Part shown: positions 14,171 through 28,155 of the stretch, one piece after another
How the letters are laid out: each line of letters begins with the position of its first letter
How positions within the stretch are numbered: the first letter of the stretch is position 1
DNA from: Bugula neritina
Taxonomy: Eukaryota; Animalia; Bryozoa
Reading direction: 5' to 3'
Length of the DNA stretch: 64,000 nt
Assembly (NCBI GenBank): GCA_964035545.1
Contig: OZ037772.1
Span: 1,364,001-1,428,000, forward strand
Program-made: the position numbers and the translations under genes
The notes under the pieces: generated by a model
What the model saw: only the letters and a program-made list of their open reading frames with translations
Databases searched by the model: none
Told to the model about the DNA's origin: nothing

Positions 14171-15099
14171 ATATTACCAAGTTATATTACAAGTTCATGT
14201 TACCAAGTTATATTACTAGTTTATATTACCAAGTTATATTACAAGTTTATGTTACCAAGTTATACTACTAGTTTATACTGCTAGTATTCAACAACTACCC
14301 TCCAGCACATCTCAACTCTGACGCAACTAAGCTGACTAAACATCCGTATAGTTTATAGTTCATGCTGAACTCTTCAGACCCTGAGAACTGTGCGTGTGGC
14401 TTCACCTGCGAGTGTGGTGCCTGTGTTGGGGTATGTGACCTTGACCGAGACTGTGGGAAGCTGCAGATCTGTTTGGAGAAAAGATGTTATCAGCAGGCCT
14501 CACCAGATGACAGAACAGTTGTCTGGGATCTTTATCACTCTGAACTAGTAGAATGTTCTTCAGGTATGAATACGAAATCGTTGACCTTTACTCCATTGGA
14601 GTTTAAAAGTGTTGCTTTATGTTGTACTTATATCTGTGCTGGCCAGGATTTTTGAATGATTTTTGTTATGTATTTACATAAAAGAGTGTAAAATTAAAGC
14701 TGAATTTGCTTTATTTTCTATATATTTTGTTTGTGATTATCAGCATTTTTATATGTAGAGATAAAATTTATCAAAAGAGTTTCATACACTTGTATTTACT
14801 TAGACTCGGACTGTGTTGGTGTGTGTGTGGGGGGACTTTGCTCAGACACCTGCAAGTACGAGCTGTCATGCACACTTGGCAGGACGTGTCAAGGTGGCAG
14901 GTGCTTCTATCCGTGTACTGACAACACAGCCTGTCCTAGTGATGGACAGATCTGTCACCATGGTGTCTGTAAAGAGGGCTGTCAGGTGACTAGTCGCTAT
15001 GACTTATACTGCGAGTTATTGATGACTCTCATACTATGAGTTATTACTACCTATTATAATTTATACTGCGAGACCAAGTAGCTGCTGTAACTTATATTG

Positions 15100-15265
15100 T
15101 GAGTCATGACTAACTGAAATCACCTATACTGTGAGTCATGAATAACTGAAATCACTTATACTGTGAGTCATCAATAACTGAAATCACTTATACTGTGAGT
15201 CATGACTAACTGATATCACTTATACTGTGAGTCATGACTAACTGATATCACTTATACTGTGAGTC
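15100..15265. repeat. 32-bp minisatellite
   Basis: Unit TATACTGTGAGTCATGACTAACTGAAATCACT, ~5 copies. Confidence 0.85.
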
Positions 15266-15827
15266 AATTATCAAAAATAGCAAAGAAGTAGAGATATGTT
15301 GTGTATGTGAGATATGTGAGGTTATTTAGTGACTAGTTTGCTATTTATAGAGTTTTGTTTCTATTAATAGACTGTACTGAAGATGAACAATGTGGATCTG
15401 AGTTTACTGAATGCATATCCAACATATGCTATTAGCTTTATCCTCTCAACAATCCAGATCTTTCTGATACTGAGCAGGACAAACTCTTTGATGATCAGCT
15501 GGACCTACAGAATGATGGTAAGTTACTCTGTTAGTATAGTTACTCTGTTAGTATAGTTACTCTGTAAGTATAGTTACAGTAACAGTTTGCTAGTCATAAT
15601 AACTTGCACTGTGAGTTGCTGGACTAGTTATTCTACATCTCTTGTAGCCACAACCAAAGTTGTGTCTATATATCCTGCTAGTGACTTGAGTAATGACTCA
15701 TATGTCTCCTACAGTACGAGTGGTCAACTTTCGGCAGTGTTGGAAGAGAGTGGAGACAACTTGGATCAGAGGTATAGGCATTGCTTAGTATAAGTTATAC
15801 CATTACCATATATAAGCAGAATGACAG

Positions 15828-15950
15828 ATGAACTGACTGACTGACTGACTGACAAACTGACCGACTGACTGACTGACAAACTGACTGACTGACTGACTGG
15901 CTGACAGACTGACTGACTGGCTGACTGGCTGACTGACTGACTGACTGAAC
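15828..15950. repeat. (CTGA)n microsatellite
   Basis: Seen directly. Confidence 0.9.
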
Positions 15951-16842
15951 AGACAGATAAACAGATAGGTAAATATCGATCAGATATATAGTGAAGCTAC
16001 CAACCGAGACCCAGACTGTGTTTTGATACTGGTATATGATATCTTTCTACAATGTGTTTATAGTTCACTGTACAAAGTATAGTTCCATCAGATGGACTCG
16101 CTCTACTCATGTGTAAGACTCATCAAGAATGTCTACCCAATCAGATCTGTGTTAACGAGGTGTGCACACTGACGTGTAAAAGTGACTCTGAGTGTGCATC
16201 CAACCAGGTTAGATACTGCATACATGTCTCTATCATAGCAGGTATTTCACAAACTATTCTGAAACCCATACTTTTATTGTTCAATGTCTATGTATTCTCC
16301 ACCATATTTTTACTAGAAGTAAACTTTATTTCAGTAATGAGTTTAAAATAAATTATTGTTTCGCATTGTACAGTTTATTATTGCCTGAATCTTGTAATAA
16401 GAATATTGATAATATCAGAGCAGCTATGTGATTGGCTTAACATTATCAGAGCAGGGATTTTATTGGCTTAACAATATCAGTGCAGCGATGTGATTAGCTT
16501 TACAATATCAGAGTAGGGATGCTATTGGCTACTCTGTTCTGTTCTGCAGGGCTTCAGAAGAGACGAGGGGAAACGGGATTGCCCTGTGCTGTAGGAGATG
16601 CTGGAAAACCCGGACCTCAATGTCCAATGGGAGAGAGCCGGTCGACTGGGCTCTAGAGATTCCTCGGACCAGTCGGTGCTCCTGGTTATCCTGACCTGCA
16701 AGAACCGAGGTTGGTGAATAGTATCTTTGTGGCGCTCACTGCTTGTGTGGAAGTCGTCTCCTCTGAATTATTTGGAAATATCGCTTGAGTTCCTTGCCCT
16801 GTATTATCAGTTAGCCACGTCTATGTGGTTCACAGTTTATTA

Positions 16843-17342
16843 CAGGGTTGGGGTAATTGTAATTTGTAATTGTAATTTGTTGTATTTAATTACATTTTTT
16901 CAAGTAATTGAATGTAATTTGTAATTGATGTATAAACATGTAATTGTAATTATTTACATATATAATGTAATTGATTTTTACAATTACATCTCAATTACTT
17001 CAAACTTTTAAATCTTAAGAAATTCATTCTTTTTTAACATGCCTACTGTTGAATAACAAGTTCAGGTTAAGTCAATGTAGTATAGTATCAGTGTTGAGAA
17101 CAAAGGAGGTTCTCCACTGTCAAAATTGCCCCTGCTAGGTGGACCCTAGAGGTGAAATTGCATAACTTCCATTTGTCCTTTGTGAGAACAAAAGTAATTG
17201 TAATTGTAATTAATTGCTTTACAATGTAATTTTGTAATGTAATTAATTACATTTATTTCAACTGTAATTATAATTGTAATTGACAAATTCTCATGTAATT
17301 GTAATTAATTGCATTCACATGTAATTGACCCCAACAACCCTG
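16843..17342. mobile_element. hAT-like MITE
   Basis: Termini CAGGGTTG..CAACCCTG, GTAATT subterminal repeats, 8-bp TSD GTTTATTA (16835-16842, 17343-17350). Confidence 0.9.
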
Positions 17343-17984
17343 GTTTATTATGGAGCTCATACTTTTATTGTTCAAGGTCTAGATGTATTCTCCACCATGT
17401 TTTTACTAGAAGTAAACTTTAATTCGGTAATAAGTTTAAAATAAATTGTTTTTTCATATTTTGCTGTTTATTATTGCCTGAGTATTGTAACGAGAATATT
17501 GGCTTTACAATACCAGTGAAGCGATGTGATTGGTTTGACAGTATCAGATTAGTGATGTGATTGGCTTGACAGTATCAGAGTAGTGATGTGATTGGCTACT
17601 CTGTTCTGTTCTGCAGGGCCATGCCTACTTGTATTACGTGTTAATCTTGTTTTGCAGTGAACAGAAAGGGAGAATGGGTCCCAAAAGACACCCAGGATCT
17701 TACAGAACTGAGGGTGAGGAAGGGTTCATCCGATGTTGATGGCCTGCCTGGTATATCCGGCAATCCTGGAGATGCAGGAGAAAGGAGACCACCTTGTTTC
17801 TCAGGAGATACCGGACTTTTTGGAGAACCAGGTGATGTTTACGCTCAATTGAGTTCAATCTGTCAAGTTAAGTTGGGATCTTTTTCGTTTTCATTATTTT
17901 ATGTTTGTTACGTGGAAAAAGGAAAAAACTCTGTCTTGGAGCATTTTGGTTTTTTCAGAGAGCTTTGGATTATTTGATTATGGT

Positions 17985-18630
17985 CTACACAGGGGTGTAG
18001 ACAGACTAAACTACACAGGGGTGTAGACAGAATAAACTACACAGGGGTGTAGACAAACTAAGCAACACAGACGTGTAAACAGACTAAACTACACAGGGGT
18101 GTAGACAGACTAAACTACACAGGGGTAGACAGACAAAACTACACAGGGGTGTAGACAGACTAAACTACATAGGGGTGTAGACAGACTAAACTACACAGGG
18201 GTGTAGACAGAATAAACTACACAGGGGTGTAGACAAACTAAGCAACACAGACGTGTAAACAGACTAAACTACACAGGGGTGTAGACAGACTAAACTACAC
18301 AGGGGTAGACAGACAAAACTACACAGGGGTGTAGACAGACTAAACTACATAGGGGTGTAGACAGACTAAACTACACAGGGGTGTAGACAGAATAAACTAC
18401 ACAGGGGTGTAGACAAACTAAGCAACACAGACGTGTAAACAGACTAAACTACACAGGGGTGTAGACAGACTAAACTACACAGGGGTAGACAGACAAAACT
18501 ACACAGGGGTGTAGACAGACTAAACTACATAGGGGTGTAGACAGACTAAACTACACAGGGGTGTAGACAGACTAAACTACACAGGGGTGTAGACAGACTA
18601 AACTACATAGGGGTGTAGACAGACAAAACT
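17985..18630. repeat. 26-bp minisatellite with a 180-bp higher-order repeat
   Basis: Unit CTACACAGGGGTGTAGACAGACTAAA; blocks starting at 18001, 18181 and 18361 are identical. Confidence 0.95.
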
Positions 18631-19667
18631 TACTACGAACTTATAACTAACTTGCGTCATGCCGTCTCCATTCTCTCCGTATAATTTGACCTTTATTTAG
18701 CTAGCTGATTTCTAGTGGGCTATTCTATAGTGACAAGTCACACTGTTTATTATAGCAACATAGAAATCAAGTTGAAAACTAGTTGCACCTGTTGTGATGC
18801 TATCAATGGGTGCTTACAGGTAGAGACGGAGTACCTGGACCTGTTCAGATCGGATATCAGGGTAAACAAGGAGATCAAGGTCATGCAGGTGAGAATGAGG
18901 AGTTACTCACCCTTGTTTGTGTATTTCTGTTCTTTTTAGGTATTCTATAATAATATGCTGGGGTTGTCAGATTGATCTAGTGGAGTTACCTCCTCTTAAG
19001 TGAAAGATACTTTAATAGTATAATTTGCTCATCAATCTGACTGATTAAAGCTACTGCTGTCAAAAAAACAAGATTGTTGCAGTCTAAAAATTAATGCCAG
19101 CTATAAACTATACGCAGCAAATCTTTTAGCTTGGAGTAAATTGACCAATTTATGATAATCAATTTTAATTTTTTAGCTTTTATAGTATTGATGTTGATGA
19201 GTGTTGCTATAGATACATGTTGGTTTCCTGTATGGATGTTGATGAGTGTTGCTATAGTAACATGTTGGTTTCCTGTATGAATTGTAGTTTGAGTATGAGG
19301 CAGAGTTTTCCCAACTCAACTTCCTTCGAATTAACTCTGAGAGAGCAAAGCAAACCCTGACTCACAGGTAATAGTCACTGCTAGCAGCTTATCAGATAGT
19401 CACTAGTTGCTAGTCACCAGATACTAGTCCTCTACTATGTTGCTAGGCACTTGATAATCTGAACAATCTCTGGCTTCTTATTAAGCTGAGCGAGTTGTTG
19501 GCATGACTATTCCTTTTGCTGATTGTAGATGTATAAACTGAGTGGCAGTAGAAGACGCATTCCGTAGGAAGAATAAGTCAGTCATTTTATATACAGCTGG
19601 TGATAAAGAATACACAGTAACAGTCAGCAGGTTCCAATATTCAGTGCTGCAGGCTGATTGCAAGGTA

Positions 19668-19962
19668 TGTAAATCTGACCTGTATAGTGTAAATAAGACC
19701 TATATACTGTTAATCTGACCTATATAATGTAAATCTGACCTATATACTGTAAATCTAACCTTTATAGTGTAAATCTGACCTATATACTGTTAATCTGACC
19801 TATATAATGTAAATCTGACCTATATAATGTAAATCTGACCTATATAGTGTAAACCTGACCTATATAGTGTAAATCTGACCTATATAGTGTAAATTTGACC
19901 TATATAGTGTAAATCTGACCTATAAAGTGTAAATCTAACCTATGTAGCGTAAATTCGACCTG
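19668..19962. repeat. 20-bp minisatellite
   Basis: Unit TGTAAATCTGACCTATATAG. Confidence 0.9.
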
Positions 19963-20989
19963 CATATGAACATGATTGCGATAGTTGCATCTTTTTTCTA
20001 TTAAGATACAATAAAGCTTGCCTTTGAGGCTTTTTAACAACTACTTATGAGTTCAACCCAAAAGCACTTTGATTTCTGTGCAAGTTTAGAGTTTTAAGTT
20101 TGCCCTCTGCCATTTTGTAGTATTCCAAATACCATCAGAAGCTCTGACAGTGATTGAGATTGACACCAAGACCCCCACCCACTTGCCTATTATTGACATT
20201 GCTCCTGGTGACATCAGGACCACCCACAAAGAGTTTGGGGTTCAGCTTGGAGAAGTCTGCTTTTCATAGACTCATATCTAACAACAGTGTTATTTGGCTG
20301 ATTTTTTAAAACTGTTCCTGATTAGATAATTAGTGGCCAAGCAGAGAATGCAATCAATGTTTGGTTGGCTGAGACCAGCAGTCTGATTTTTATATAACCT
20401 AATTTTAAATGAAATATTTGATTACTCTAAATAAATTTATCCGAGACTTCCAAGGCAGTGATGGTGATTTTTGTACATATAAATTTGAAGAAGTTTAGCT
20501 ATAGGGTTTATGCTGTTTTTTTAATTATTCCACCATAACCTGAGATTGTGAGTAGTAATTCTAGAATGAGGTAGGGAGGGTGTTATGCCCCTCCCTATGA
20601 CTTTATGTATTTAGAAACTGTTGTTAATTTAGTAATTCTGTTGGTGCTACATTTTTGAATTTATTTAATCCAATCATTTCTCTAATATTGCAAAATATAT
20701 TTTACCATACAGCACTACACAACTTATTTCTCAGCTTGTAGATTTCATCATCAAAATTATTATAGTACTAAAGTTGGTCACAGATTTCTGATAAGCTGCA
20801 GTTTTCAGATCTGATTATTTAACCTATTCATCCTGAAATGAGACATTGTTAGTTTAAAATGGAATTTTACATATATTTTAGTTACTTAGTTCCAACTGTG
20901 TTGACCATATCAACATTTTAAATTTTACTTTGGCTGCTATGAAGTATATAAGCAAATGGCATTAAGTTATTAATATATAATAAGGTTGG

Positions 20990-21370
20990 CAAAGACTTAA
21001 TATACCAAGCAACTGTGACAAGACATGACAATAACTCCAGCCAATCGTACATATAGGACTTTGTTCAACTACCTTCAAAGCCAGACTCAACCACCATAAA
21101 GCCTCTTTCCTACATGCAGATAAAGCCAACAGCACACAACTCAGCAGACACATCCGGGATTTAGAACAAAAACAACACGAAATTCAGCCTAAAATGGATC
21201 ATTTTAAAAATTTGTAAATCATACTCAAACCTAATCAACAGATGTAACTTATGTAGCTATGAGAAATATGTAATTTTGAAACAACCAAAGTTATCCACTC
21301 TCAACAAACGCAACGAGCGAAGTGTGAGAATTCCATGCTAGTGACCTGCCACACACAGTGCGTGTGTTGC
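20990..21370 (+). mobile_element. Penelope-like element fragment (GIY-YIG endonuclease C-terminus)
   Basis: Translation across frameshifts: TYIGLCSTTFKARLNHHKASF..TQLSRHIRDL..LKWIILK..CNLCSYEKYVI..LNKRNE. Confidence 0.75.
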
Positions 21371-21519
21371 GAGTGCAAATTATTATTAGCAAATGATGTT
21401 AGCGTTAAACTTTACTGCTCGCCTACAGACGTTTGTTTTTAAACAGCGTCACCGGGCAAAGTAATTTGGATATTATAAAAGCGGAAATGCAAAATATATA
21501 AAACTGTTTTAATTCAGCT

Positions 21520-22372
21520 CAGTATATTATGTCATACAGTATACTATGTTATACAGTATACTATGTTATACAGTATATTATGTTATACAGTATACTATGT
21601 TATACAGTATATTTTGTTATACAGTATATTATATTATGCAGTATATTATGTTATACAGTATATTATGTTATACAGTATACTATGTTATACAGTATATTAT
21701 ATTATACAGTATATGCTATGTTATACAGTATATTATGTTATACAGTATACTATGTTATACAGTATATTATGTCATACAGTATATGCTATGTTATACAGTA
21801 TATGCTATGTTATGCAGTATATTATGTTATACAGTATCTTATGCTATACAGTATACTATGTTATACAGTATATTATGTTATACAGTATACTATGTTATAC
21901 AGTATACTATGTTATACAGTATACTATGTCATACAGTATATTATGTTATGCAGTATATTATGTTATACAGTATATTATGTTCTACAGTATACTATGTTAT
22001 ACAGTATATTATGTTATACAGTATATGCTATGTTATACAGTATATTATGTTATACAGTATATGCTATGTTATACAGTATATTATGTTATACAGTATACTA
22101 TGTTATACAGTATATTATGTTATACAGTATATGCTATGTTATACAGTATATGCTATGTTATGCAGTATATTATGTTATACAGTATACTATGTTATACAGT
22201 ATATTATGTTATACAGTATACTATGTTATACAGTATATTATGTTATACAGTATACTATGTTATACAGTATACTATGTTATACAGTATACTATGTTATACA
22301 GTATATTATGTTATACAGTATATTATGTTATACAGTATACTATGTTTTACAGTATATTTTGTCATACAGTAT
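21520..22372. repeat. 17-bp minisatellite
   Basis: Unit CAGTATA(C/T)TATGTTATA; explains the three overlapping YSILCY ORFs. Confidence 0.95.
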
Positions 22373-23619
22373 ACAATCATTCACCACCATGTCAGTCAAA
22401 TAATATAATATAAAGTATATTATGTATAACAACAGATGGGCTGTGGTGAAACTCTACCAGTCTAAATTCTTACATGCAGACATGCATATTTAATTAATTC
22501 AAACATTTTAAAAATGAACTTAAAACTCAAGAATTTAAAATATGAAACAAAATAATGTGTCCTATAAAAATAGCACAGCTTCTTAGAAGCAAGTATTTTA
22601 CACTTGAACATGCAGAATTTGTACAGCTTATAATGATGACATTGTTGAATTGATACACACCTCTGATTGGATGAGTTTTACATAATAAAACAATTGTTCA
22701 TCACTTTTATTATTAGTCTAAGGTTGACAATAATTTACACTGTTATAGTTATTGGTTGTAAACTGATTAATTCATCATTAAGTACTTGTTTGCTGCTGCC
22801 TGGTTTATCACTGCTCATCATGATTTTAATAACAAGGAAATTATCTTCTCCTGTTGTCTCCAGGTGCTACTGTATTTGACAGGTTTCCCTGTTAATAAAG
22901 TAATTTTATACTGTTACTGATGACATCCACAAATACTTGTGTAGGGGAACAATTGACCCTTTTCTACAACAGGAAAAGAATTGGTAAGACACGTACTAAT
23001 AATATTACATAGCTTATTTTATCAATTCACTTATCCTTAATCTAATTGATTAAAAGCTATTTGCATGTAGGCTATTTTATAAATTGTTCTTAAAACTAAT
23101 TTGGGTGTACCTATACAATACTAGGTTTATATGACTGTAGTATATTGCTGAGTGCACATAGGCATTGTCAATAGTTATAGTTACTGTAGACTTTGCTCTT
23201 AGTGATCTGGTTGGAATAATTTACAGTCCAGTTCTTCGTGATGGAAAATTTTTATCTGCTGAGCAACTCTAATTGAGAAACTGTTATCTAAAGTTTGTTA
23301 CTTCAAGTACTATAAAAATATTATTAGCAGCTTGACATTTGTTATCATTAAGGAGTGTTAAATATAAATATAATACTTGAGATAAACATTCTCATGTGAT
23401 ATACTGCAACCTATAAAGTTATATCATATGACTTGACTATCTCTACTAGAGTTAGGGTGGGTCACCTGACAGCCCACACATATCCATACACTACATCACA
23501 TACTGTAGGAACACTGGCACAGCTGAGGCTATAGGCTGGCTAATAAGTATGGAGTAGTTGACCCAGCAGTTAGATACTTTGTTATAGAGATTCTAACTTT
23601 CTAGTAGTAGAAATAAAAG

Positions 23620-24043
23620 CAAGAGTGTCCAACCTTTTCAGAGCGAGGGCCACTGCATGAAAGCAATTAATACTTCATGACGAAGGCCATATTGGACACG
23701 TTAGCTTGCTCTGATAGCCACAGCATCAGCATTTTTAAATTTACTTTATTCCAAATTCCTATAAATCGCTACACAATAAAGTTCCAATAGTTACTGTTTT
23801 ATAGCATGTGTATAAGTAAGACATTAGAAAGATAGCTTCTCACTCTAATCCATGTATACATGTGAAATATTGTTTTAGTTTTTTGCCTTTGAGGGCCACA
23901 TATAAATGTAGGCTGGGGGCCACTTAAATGTAGGCTGGGAGCCACATAAATGTGGGCTGGGGGCCACATAAATGTAGGCTGGGGGCCACATAAATGTAGG
24001 CTGGGGGCCACATCCGGCCTGGGCCGCCTGTTGAAAAGCCCTG
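23620..24043. mobile_element. Degraded hAT-like MITE with an internal ~21-bp repeat
   Basis: Ends CAAGAGTGTCCAAC / GTTGAAAAGCCCTG; GGGCCAC motifs; no clean TSD. Confidence 0.55.
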
Positions 24044-24687
24044 CTTTAAATAGTTGGTATATTAGTATGTCAGTGGCCTAAAATTTAATGGTCACTCTAG
24101 TGTTACTTTACACTTAACACAATTCAAATATTGTATATAATAATCTACTATACTCCATTAGTATAGTATAGTAATTGTAACCACCTGCAGGATGGTCACA
24201 TGACCACTGCTACTTCTCAGACAGTTTACTATAAAATGACAGAATGAGAAGAATGATGGCTGATCAGATGTATAATAACATAGTTTATCAGTTCACTTGA
24301 AATCTTAATTATTATTGTTGAAAGTTAGTTGCTTGCATTTTAAAACTTGTTATTAAAACTATTATAAGTATACAATACTAGGTTTATATGTGACTGCAAT
24401 GGAATATTTACAATGAAATTTACAGTCCAGTTCTTCGTGATGGAAATTCTTTATCTGCAGAAGAGCTCTAACTGAAAAACTGTTATCTAAAGTTTGTTAC
24501 TTAAAGTACTATACAAATATTATTAGCAGCTTGACATTTGTTATCATTAAGGGGTGTTTAACATAAATATAATACTTGAGATAAACATTCTCATGTGATA
24601 TAATGTAACCTGAAGTTATATCATATGACTTGACTATCTCTACTAGAGTTAGGGTGGGTCACCTGACAGCCCACACATATCTACACT

Positions 24688-25723
24688 GGTGTCAGGTGAT
24701 AATGGTACAATTGGCAAAATAGGTAAAACTATATAGCACATTTTCAATATTAAGGTTTGAGGCAGGTTAAGTAGTTAGGAAGGAGTTAAGGTTTGAGAAT
24801 GAGGTTCTGAGTTTGGGGTTTGGGGTTTGAGTTTGTGGTTTACCCTCCTAATTACGCTTAACGTACTGTACGCCATAACAGCAAATTTCAGCCATTCCTG
24901 GTATAAGTTGCAGCGTTAATCAAGCACTGCTTGGCTCAAAAAATCACACCAGGCAGAGTTGATATGGTACTATAAAATTTAAAAAATACTTTTCGCTGGT
25001 TTGTTTTAATCCCTTAAATTGTTGATTTAATTTAATAAATTCAAAAGTTTCAAAGGATTAAAATATCTTTTTCCCCTTGCTTAAATTAAACTCAGCTTAG
25101 AAATGTAGATTTCACTAATTACTAAAGTATGCAAACCAACAATGTAAAAATTAATTGGACAGCTTAAATATTTTTATTATTCAAATTAGTTTGCACAATT
25201 GTATATTTAATGGGCACATATATTTAAAGGAGAGGTTTCTTTTTTTAAATGCTTTTATCTAGTCAATAACATTATTATCACATTTTTTGAAAGTAATTTT
25301 GCAATAATTTGTGAATAACATTCAAAGGAGTACAAGTAACCGCAGACAAGAATTAGCCTTATTATGATTGGTCATAGCTCAACGTCATGCGTGGTACTTT
25401 ATGCCAGTGTGTGAACGCATGCCGAACAAACGTAACAGCAGGGCAATTTTATGTTTACCGTATGGTAAATGTGAATAAGGGGTTAGAGTTGAGGGTTTTA
25501 TTTTGGAGTTTAAGAAAGCTTATAAACAATAGTAAGCCATTTTTTCCTGCTAGGCTTTTTCAATTTGTGCCCTTGATACCAGAACCATTATTACCTGCGT
25601 GCCATTCTACCTGCGTGCCATTTTCTTTGTGCCATTTTATACCTGTGCCATTTTACCTGTGCCATTATTACTTGTGCCATTATTACCTGTGCCATTTTCC
25701 CTCTGCCATTATTACCTAAAATC
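24688..25723. mobile_element. Non-autonomous DNA transposon with 9-bp TSD (Mutator-like)
   Basis: Imperfect TIR GGTGTCAGGTGATAATGG / CCATTATTACCTAAAATC; TSD A(T/A)CTACACT; interrupts one copy of the triplicated segment. Confidence 0.65.
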
Positions 25724-28155
25724 AACTACACTACATCACATGCTGTAGGAACACTATGGCACTCTAATTGAAAAATTGTTATCTAAAGTTTGTTACTTCA
25801 AGTACTATACAAATATTATTAGTAACATGACATTTCTTATCCCTAAGGGGTGTTTAATATAAATATAATACTTGAGATTAACATTCTCATGTGATATAAT
25901 GTAGCCTGAAGTTATATCACATGACTTGACTATTTCTACTAGAGTTAGGGTGGGTCACCCCACAGCCCACACATACAACTACACTATACACCACATGCTG
26001 TAGGAACACTGGCACAGCTGAGGCTAGGCTGACTTATAAGTATGGAATAGTTGACCCAGCAGTTAGATACTTTGTTATAGAAACTCTAACTTTTTAGTAT
26101 TAGAATATAAATATTACTCTAAAGATTTGGTATATCAGAAAGCCAGTCACTTAACACCAATTAACTTGGTTGTCTCAATCAGAGCTGGTCTCTGTGTATT
26201 TCAGTGTGTTTTAAAGGTTCTCTGAAGCTTCCCCAGTCTTTATATGAGCTGCCTTTAAATATATACAATAGTTTTAATACAATACGAAGACAATTATTGT
26301 TAACACATGTCAAGTAACAGAACAGGAATAAGGCCTCTCCGATAGTTATTTGAATATCTACAAGAAGTATAACTAAATATACAATAATAACTACATATCT
26401 AGAAACATGTAGAATATTATACTAGAAGAAATCTCTTGTAACAAAGTATTGTTACATAACTGGAAGATAGAGAAACTATATTTCTCAATTCAGAACACAA
26501 TCTGCAATCAGCATTCAGTGCTGAAATTAAGCAAAAGCGATGACAGTTGTTATATGAATATAATAATATCATGATGTAAATAATGATAATGATATTATAT
26601 TCATATACCAAATGTCATTGCAGTTCCCTAAGCCAAGCGTAATTGTAACTGGTTATTGTAGGTCACGTGACTCAACAGATACACGCCCCTTCTGCTGTAA
26701 CATTATAACGTCATTGAACACAGTCATTCACACGTTGACTGAATAGGGCTACACACTGATAACTCTGAGGTTAGTATAACATTTATAGACCTAGTTTATC
26801 AATAGTCGGCAATCAGTATAAGTATTACATTTACTACATTGCTATAACTATTAAAATTAGATTCAATGTTGCAATCAGTTTTAATACCACGCTCGCTACC
26901 ATCATCATTAAATTTATTTAAAATGATTATCTTAACAAGTTATACTTATAGTAGGTTTATTAATATTATTATTTATAACCAGTGAGTCACTTATCTTTAC
27001 TTTGTGAATTTATGATTGTAACACTGAATAGCATTATCATCATTATAATTATAATAATAATTATAATTATAATTGCAAGTTTTTAAATTAATGTTACACT
27101 TACTCGATTTGAATATCAGAATATCTTACCACTGGCACTAGTCAGTTATTAATGACAGTGCATAGTCATAGTGATCACTGCATGTGAGACATTGTCATAC
27201 CCTGCACATTCCAATGCACTGCCCTTCTGTATTCATTGTGAATAGCATATTGAATTGGCTTATATTATTTTACTCAGCTTTGATTATACAACTAACATGT
27301 AGTGCACTGCTCTAATTTATGTAACAACACTAGTTGCTGCTATCTTTACCTCTAAATTTATATCATTTAAAAAACTAACATATTTACATGATAGGTATTA
27401 AAATTAAAGTTACATAATTGGAATTGACTATTCTATAGATTACTGAGAATATAAGGTTAGCCGCATTTATATGATGTTGTAGACATAAAATATGAGGTTA
27501 GTGTTAATAAATCATTTGCTAGGTAAGAGTGTAGAATAAATAATTGACTAGAGATGAGTGTAGAAGCTGCCAACTCATGAAACAACTACACCTGACCTAA
27601 CAGAAGCACAAACATGTTAAATTAGTTTGTTTCACACCACCATAGTTTCTATTAGATGATTAGAATAGCAAACTAGCAGTTAATGGCATGTTTCCTGACA
27701 GATGGAAGGGTGACTCTAAGTAACATATTAAATCATGCATCACTAACACTGCAGAAATGTTAAAATGAGTTTTGTCATGTAGATTATCAAGGAAACAAAG
27801 AATTTCCAACACCCAGCACAAAATATTTCATAGAACTATGTTTTCTCACACTGCTATGTTCCCCCTGTTAGTTTCTCACTCATGCTATACACTCCTTGCT
27901 ATGGAATAGTTCAAAGTACACCCTGGGAAGGAACAAAGTCTATCCTATGCTCAGGTGTAGACTCTGTCCCAGTAGTGTGTCAAAATACTCAGTTAGAAAC
28001 ACATTATTATTGGGAGTTCATGAAGTCTCCAGCTTATATATGAGCAGCTGAGTCAAATTCTGCTGTTTGTTCATAAAATTATTACATAACTCACTGGTAT
28101 TCATGTTTCACTTCTACTCTACATTTTGATGGTCTGGTTATGACTTAGAACTTAA

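Larger units (their letters stand above)
14362..19664 (+). pseudogene. Decayed multi-exon gene for an extracellular-type protein with Cys-rich repeats and collagen Gly-X-Y segments
   Basis: Cys-rich exons at ~14362-14563, 14804-14985, 15371-15517 (in-frame TAG 15433-15435) and ~16091-16207. Degenerate Gly-X-Y exons at ~16549-16710 (stops), ~17657-17840 and ~18820-18890. The 3' limit is uncertain. Confidence 0.6.
23115..26105. repeat. Locally triplicated ~0.4-0.5 kb segment (~23115-23615, ~24370-24687 continuing at 25724, ~25760-26105)
   Basis: Shared text CTGTTATCTAAAGTTTGTTACTT..CTACTAGAGTTAGGGTGGGTCACC..CAGCCCACAC in three copies. Confidence 0.85.

Noticed and set aside
21529-22413. Three overlapping ~290-aa ORFs (YSILCYTVYYVIQ repeats)
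   Set aside because: Translation of a stop-free 17-bp minisatellite; not a gene.
24780-24845. GGGGTTT-like runs as interstitial telomere
   Set aside because: Short, degenerate and internal to a DNA transposon.
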